A DNA stretch of 64,000 nt from the human T2T-CHM13v2.0 reference genome, Homo sapiens. Location: NCBI RefSeq assembly GCF_009914755.1, contig NC_060937.1; one strand, given 5' to 3'. Every line of letters begins with the position of its first letter. Within the stretch, counting starts at the first letter, position 1. The notes below the pieces were generated by a model. The model saw nothing but the letters and a program-made list of their open reading frames with translations, ran no database searches and was not told the DNA's origin. Positions 57,976 to 64,000 of this stretch are shown in pieces. A program made the translations under genes and the position numbers.

Positions 57976-59355
57976 CAGAATTTCTTAAACTTTTGGGTCT
58001 CAGGACTATTTTACACTCATAAAAAAAGTATTGAGGACTTAAAAGAGCTTTGTTTAATGTGACTAATATTATCACTGCATAGCATTTTAGAAATTAAAAT
58101 GGAAAAAATTTAAATTATTATTTTAAAATGAGAATTATAAACCCATTACACAGTGGCACAAATAATATATATTTATAAAAACTAAGACTTACCAAAGCAA
58201 TAAATACTAGTGAGAAGAGTGGCATTGTTTTTCAGTTTTTGTAACCCTCCTTAATGTTTGGCTTACTAGATGATAGATGGGCTCTAATTAAGTAATTTGG
58301 ATATGTTGTTTTGGTTGAAATACATGGAAAAAAAGGAGTATATTTAGGAGTCATTTCAGATAATTTTGGACATTCTTCTTTGATGCAACACCAAAACGCA
58401 ACACACGGTAATTTCTTAAAGATTAGTTGCAATGTGAAATATCTGAAACAACATTTCATGTCTTTTAGGTTAAAATTTTTGCCTATCTTCACTTGGAATA
58501 GATCTTTACCCTTGTTTGATTTTTTAATGCTTATGCAATGGTCATTTGGAACCTATTGGTTTATTAAGTATTTTCCTAATATTGACATATTTCATTATTC
58601 AATGCAAAAAAATAACATTTGCTAATATTACCACAAATCTCATCAAAAAAGCCTTTTAAAATTGGGAAGCTGTCAAACTCATGGGACAGATACAAATTTT
58701 CCGTAATTCTAATTTTCACATGAAAGCTTGAACTCTATTACTGGAAACAAATGCTGTCAGTTTTGTTCCTTGAAAGGACAGGTGCATTTTGTTGATTTTC
58801 CGAAACTCTTGGCCAAATGCAGAAGTCTGAAAAGCACAGTTTGTCTGTTAGTCACTATTTCAAAAGAAAATAATGTTCCATGAAAAAAGCAGCTAGTTCG
58901 GCTTGCAACTTAAGTAATTGCACAAGTGTGTTTGCACAAGACAGCTATGGATTGAAGAATACAGAAATTCTTTACACATACTCCCCATTTTGTCACACAC
59001 AACCTTAAAAGCATGTTCATTTCAGAATCTAGATGTTTAAAAAATTAATAATAAATTTTGTTGCTTCATTAGAAGCATTCTGAGTGAGACTGAAATATTC
59101 CTTTTTTGCTGCAAGTATGTGGAGGTGAAGAAAGTGATGACTATTAGCACAGCTTAGTACCACTGCCTTGGTTTGTGCTATGGGACCAGCAGTTAGACCT
59201 ACCATTACATTTGCATCAGCAGGGTAAATGACAAACAGTGAGAAGAACAAAATACATTTTTTAGTAGTATTACAAAAATAGCTTTGACATCTTGGATCCC
59301 TCAAAAGAATCCAGAGGACCTTCAGAGATGTGCAGATCACACTTCGAAAGCCAGG
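57976..59355 (-). mobile_element. Charlie1a hAT DNA transposon (about 1.4 kb, non-autonomous)
   Basis: CAGAATTTCTTAAACTTTTGGGTCTCAGGAC..TTTACACTC...ATTGAGGAC..AAAGAGCTTTG at one end and ...CAGATCACACTTCGAAAGCC at the other; 8-bp TSD ATCTAAAG / GTCTAAAG. Confidence 0.88.
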
Positions 59356-59602
59356 GTCTAAAGGATTATCTTAATGATTACATAATTAAAAAATGTCAAG
59401 CCAATGCTCAGATAAATTTGCTAAGCAAAAGCCTTAAATGTGTATGATTTGATTAAATAGAAAACCCAAGTTTTACAGCATTTAATGTTTGCACGGAGTA
59501 CAAGAGTAGGTAAATTATGTCAATGCACACAGAGCCACATAGATCCTCCCTCAACCTTTTTTTGGTTTTGGAGTTCCTTCAGGTTTGATCAAAGTCATGG
59601 AA

Positions 59603-60029
<427 letters not shown>

Positions 60030-60223
60030 TGATCCTTCAGTGTTAGGACAGGTCTAGAAAAGAAAGAGGAAAAAGTGGGAATGAGGAGGAGATAATAAAG
60101 GAGGAGATGAGGTGTTGAGTAGGCGACACCAGTGGCTGAACTTGCCTTCTTTACATTACTCCAAACAACTCCTTCCAGGTGACAAGAATCTGCAAAATTG
60201 TGGAGGATTCCCTTTTAACATGG

Positions 60224-60619
60224 TGTATTAGTAAGTTCTCTTATTGCTATAAAGAAATACCTAAGACAGGGTAATTTATAAAGAGAAGAGGTTTAATTGG
60301 CTCACAGTTCCACAGGTTGTACAGGAAGCATGGCAGCATCAGCTTGGCTTCTGGGGATGCCTCAGGAACCTTACAATCATGGCAGGAGGCAAAGGGAGAG
60401 TGCACTTCACATAACCAGAGCAGGAGGAAGAAAGAAGGAGGAGGTGCTGCACACTAGATCTCATGACAACTTACTATTGTGATGACAGCGCCAACAGAAT
60501 GTGTTAAGCAATGAGAAATCACCCTAATGATCCAAACCTCCCAACAGGCCCCACCTCTAACATTGGAGATTACAGTTCAACAAGAGATTTTCGTGGGGAC
60601 ACAGAACCAAACCATATCA
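60224..60619 (-). mobile_element. MSTA MaLR solo LTR
   Basis: TGTATTAGT...GCTATAAAGAAATACC...GAGGTTTAATTGGCTCACAGTTCC...CAAACCATATCA; exact 5-bp TSD CATGG. Confidence 0.92.
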
Positions 60620-60914
60620 CATGGATTTCCATTTAACATTGTCATAAGTAGATTTGTTTCCTTAAAATGAAATATCTGTGGTACTACTGTATATTTTAAA
60701 ATACACAATCTGGATGATAATGTGTACAGATAACAAGAAGTCAGCATCGATTTAATGTTCACCATACATGAGGCATACTTCTTAATCTGCGTAGGGATCC
60801 AAGTCAGCTGGGCTGGGACACCTGAACTACATGGGTTTACAGATTTCTACATTTTACTCACACAACAATAAGTACTAAGAAAAATGTGAACAAAGCATTT
60901 TTTATTGTGTAGAA

Positions 60915-61140
60915 AAGCAGCTTAACCAATGGTTAAAAGTGTAGCCCCTGAAACAGACTTGCTTGAGTTTCAGCTCCCCTTCCACCATTTACTATATATG
61001 TGACCTTGGGTGAGTCCTCTAATCTCCCTGTAGTTCAATTCAGTTCCTTCCATAATATGGACATCAAGATAATAATTTCTAATTCATAGAGTTATTATAA
61101 GGGCTAAATGAGTTAATATATGGGAAGTGCTTACAACCAA
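60915..61140 (+). mobile_element. MIR SINE
   Basis: TGTGACCTTGGGTGAGTCCTCTAATCTCCCTG...AAATGAGTTAATATATGGGAAGTGCTT. Confidence 0.75.
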
Positions 61141-62557
61141 GCACTACAAGGAGTTTGTTCTCATTGTCACCAACATCATAATCATTACCATTATCATTAT
61201 TATATGTTTAACAGCTTTTCTCACTTACTTCTAAATAAAATGTCTCCACTGCAGTACACTCCAAGCCAAGTAGTGAATTAAGCACACATACTGCTTTTTA
61301 GAAGGAAACTTAATCATTGTGGATTCTGCTTACTTGAGATCCCTCTGACATCCAAGGGGATTTTACATGAGTTTTTACGGAATTCTTTGATCTATTCTGA
61401 AGATGAGGGTTCCATTCAAAAGCTTCCAACTGCACTTCATCCATGTTCCTATTTTCAAAGACAACATAACAGCAGTTTCCATGTGGAAATTTTTTTCCAC
61501 ATGCACTCAATTAGAATAGGGTATCTCCTTTGGTTCATTTTTCATTTTCATTTGTTTTTCTAATCTTCCACAAGCTCCATTTAACCAAATAACCCATAAG
61601 ATTTTCTTTTTTACTCTTTTTGCACAATTTATCTCCTGACTTCCATTCTTCCCACAGATTTGAAACTAATGATTGCCAGTTGGGATAAATAAAAACTTCC
61701 CTAAGCATCTCCTTTTCAGCCCACATACTCTGCTCCATTCTTTACTAGGCAGGTGCAGCCTCAGGGTAGGTTATTTTTTCTTTATGCATCAATGCTTATT
61801 TGAGTTAGCTTGTAGCTCACAGGGATTTTGGTTATATGGAGATATTTTGTACCTCAGCAGACACAGAAGGAATGCTGTTGGCAAGGGAAGTTGTAGCACG
61901 ACCTAGAAATTCCTTTTTGTCATGAAGCAGGACCCTAAAGCTGAAAAACATTTCTTTCATTCTGGAGAGAAAGACACACAGAAACACAAGATGAACATCA
62001 CCACCAATAACAACCGCCTGTGTCAATGCAAACAAAAGCCAGAAATCAACCAGTTGAAGAATTAGCTAGCCACATGGTCATTACCTTATATCCCAACAAG
62101 CCCAGGGCAAATTAGGATTCCTAAAACAGGATCCTGATTTTCCCAAATGAAATCTCCACACACTATATCCCACCATCTCTTTGGGTTTAGGGTTCCCTTC
62201 GAATCTTTTCTAAGAATAAATTAGGAAGGTGTTGTTTTTCTAACATGCAGTCTTTAATGGATACTACTTTTCTTTTTACAAAGGACTCTAATGGATGGAA
62301 AAAATTTTAAAACAGTTATCTGTGGGTTAATTGAATTATAAGGTAGGTTAGGAACTGCAGCTCATCAGTGAAAAAAAAATATGTACATTCACTAATTTTG
62401 CCAGTTTGGTTCATATTTGTTGGAAGACTCAGGTTTTATAGAAAGAGATTTTATAAACAACCCACCCTCATGTTGTCTTTCGCAGCAATTAATATATATG
62501 GCTGAGAAGGCATTTCAAGCTTTCCATTCTTTGAGGCACTTTTATTTCTAATAAGGT

Positions 62558-62577
62558 TCTCTGCCCTCTAGTGGTTG
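62558..62577 (-). promoter_or_regulatory. CTCF consensus motif
   Basis: Reverse complement AACCACTAGAGGGCAGAG matches CCASYAGRKGGCRS exactly, in non-repeat sequence. Confidence 0.7.
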
Positions 62578-63569
62578 TTTTGTTTCAGGCATTGGCGTCA
62601 AGGTGATGTATGATTAGGAAGCAAAATTTTGCCTAAGGATTTTTAAGGAGTGGTTGTGCTCTCAATTTAACATTGAAAGTGGTTTCTGGAGGGCCGTTAG
62701 GATGCTAAGGGATTCTAGGATGACTTCACCTCATGTTGCACAAAGATAGGTGTAAACCTCTACTTTATTTTTCAAACTATTTATCTGTGCTTGAGGATCT
62801 GTCTCATTTAGGCTACATATTACAGTTTATTATAATAATTCATTATTTCCATTTGAAAGTTAAAAGAGAAGAGTTTATGTATGGCCTTAAATTCTGGCTG
62901 CTGCAGCAAACGCTTGAAATTCAGTCCTCCGAAAAAAGGAAAATGAGTCCCCTCAATTTTGAAGGCCAGAGGGTAGATCCATATGCTGTTTTGTGGGGCC
63001 CATCTTCCTGTTTTCAAGTCCAAGGAACTCTGTGGGAATCTGGTCATACTCATGCTTGGGCTTTGAAAAAGCCAAGGTGATTTGGAAAATATGTTCTGAG
63101 ATGTAACAGCTGCGGCTGCATGATCAGAGGCAGATTTATTTTGGTACAGCTGCCAGGCCCTTGTTGTGCCTTCTGTAAATTTTAATTCCTAGTAATTATT
63201 GGAAGTGACACCAACTCTTGTTAATTAACCCTTTTGACATAAACAGAAGGTGTGCTTCCTCCAGAGGACTGGGGGGTGAGATGGAAAAGAGATCTTGGCG
63301 TGGCACTCTCGCCCCCTTATTCATCAACCCTCGGAAGATTAAGATGATCAGGTGGATTGGTTTGGAACTGCTCTTTCATATTAATCTAAGAAGCTATGCT
63401 ATCCATTACTTATATGATGATGGGAGGAAGGAACAGTTCTAAATATGAAACTAGAATGAAGAAGAGGTATCAAGCGTTACAGAATAGGCCCAGTGCGGTT
63501 ACAGCATGACTTCAAATCACCTTTTCTACAATTCTGATGTCATATTCTCAAAAGATTATTGTTTTAAAT

Positions 63570-64000
63570 ATTTATACTGTGGAATAAATTATATATGTGT
63601 TGTGTGTATGTGTGTGCATAGCTTAAAAGAATAATGAGAAAATAAATACCCTTGTACCCACTACCTTTATGAGGTAATGCCAAACTGTTTTCCAAATTGG
63701 CGTGTAAATGTTCTTTCCTAACAGCTCTGTAAAAAGTGTTTACTGCACCACACTGCCTCAGAAATACTTCATATTATCCAGCTTTTAAATATGTACCAAC
63801 CTGATAGACATGAAATGGCAGTTCTCTGTAGCTCAATCTTGCGTGTCCCTGAATTCTAATGAGTTTAAGCAACTTTTCATGTATGTATCGATATATTTTT
63901 ACCTATAGTTTCTACTGAACCATTTGTCTTTTTATTCATTTGTAAGTCCTTTATATCTTCTAGATATGTAAAGTCAGGGGTTTATATTGCAAATATCTTC
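63570..64000 (-). mobile_element. Old L1M fragment running off the window
   Basis: ATGCCAAACTGTTTTCCAAA...CAACCTGATAG..ATGAAATGG...TAATGAGTTTAAGCAACTTTTCATG...ATTGCAAATATCTTC. Confidence 0.7.

Overview
Primate genomic DNA (AluY present, so catarrhine and most likely human). It is AT-rich, repeat-dense and intergenic or intronic, and I find no intact protein-coding gene; almost all ORF-track entries are Alu, L1 or DNA-transposon artefacts. Main contents: (1) a full-length but disrupted L1PA7-type LINE-1 with a perfect 16-bp TSD (22482-28971, +); (2) an older L1MA-type element broken into three pieces in mixed orientation, with a fold-back hairpin at one breakpoint (16579-21386); (3) a nested retro-insertion cluster in which a Tigger13a DNA transposon is split by a processed TULP3 pseudogene (50666-53071, -) lying directly against a 3'-truncated 7SK pseudogene (53084-53623, -), each carrying an Alu; (4) many Alus, MaLR/ERVL/ERV1 solo LTRs, hAT and Tigger elements, and MIR/L2/L3 relics; (5) a strong CTCF motif at 62561. 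I cannot support a new biological system here. The most unusual observations are in the TULP3/7SK cluster, the rearranged L1MA and an unexplained ~185-bp dispersed duplication. Repeat subfamily names and TULP3 comparisons come from recalled reference sequences, not from a search.
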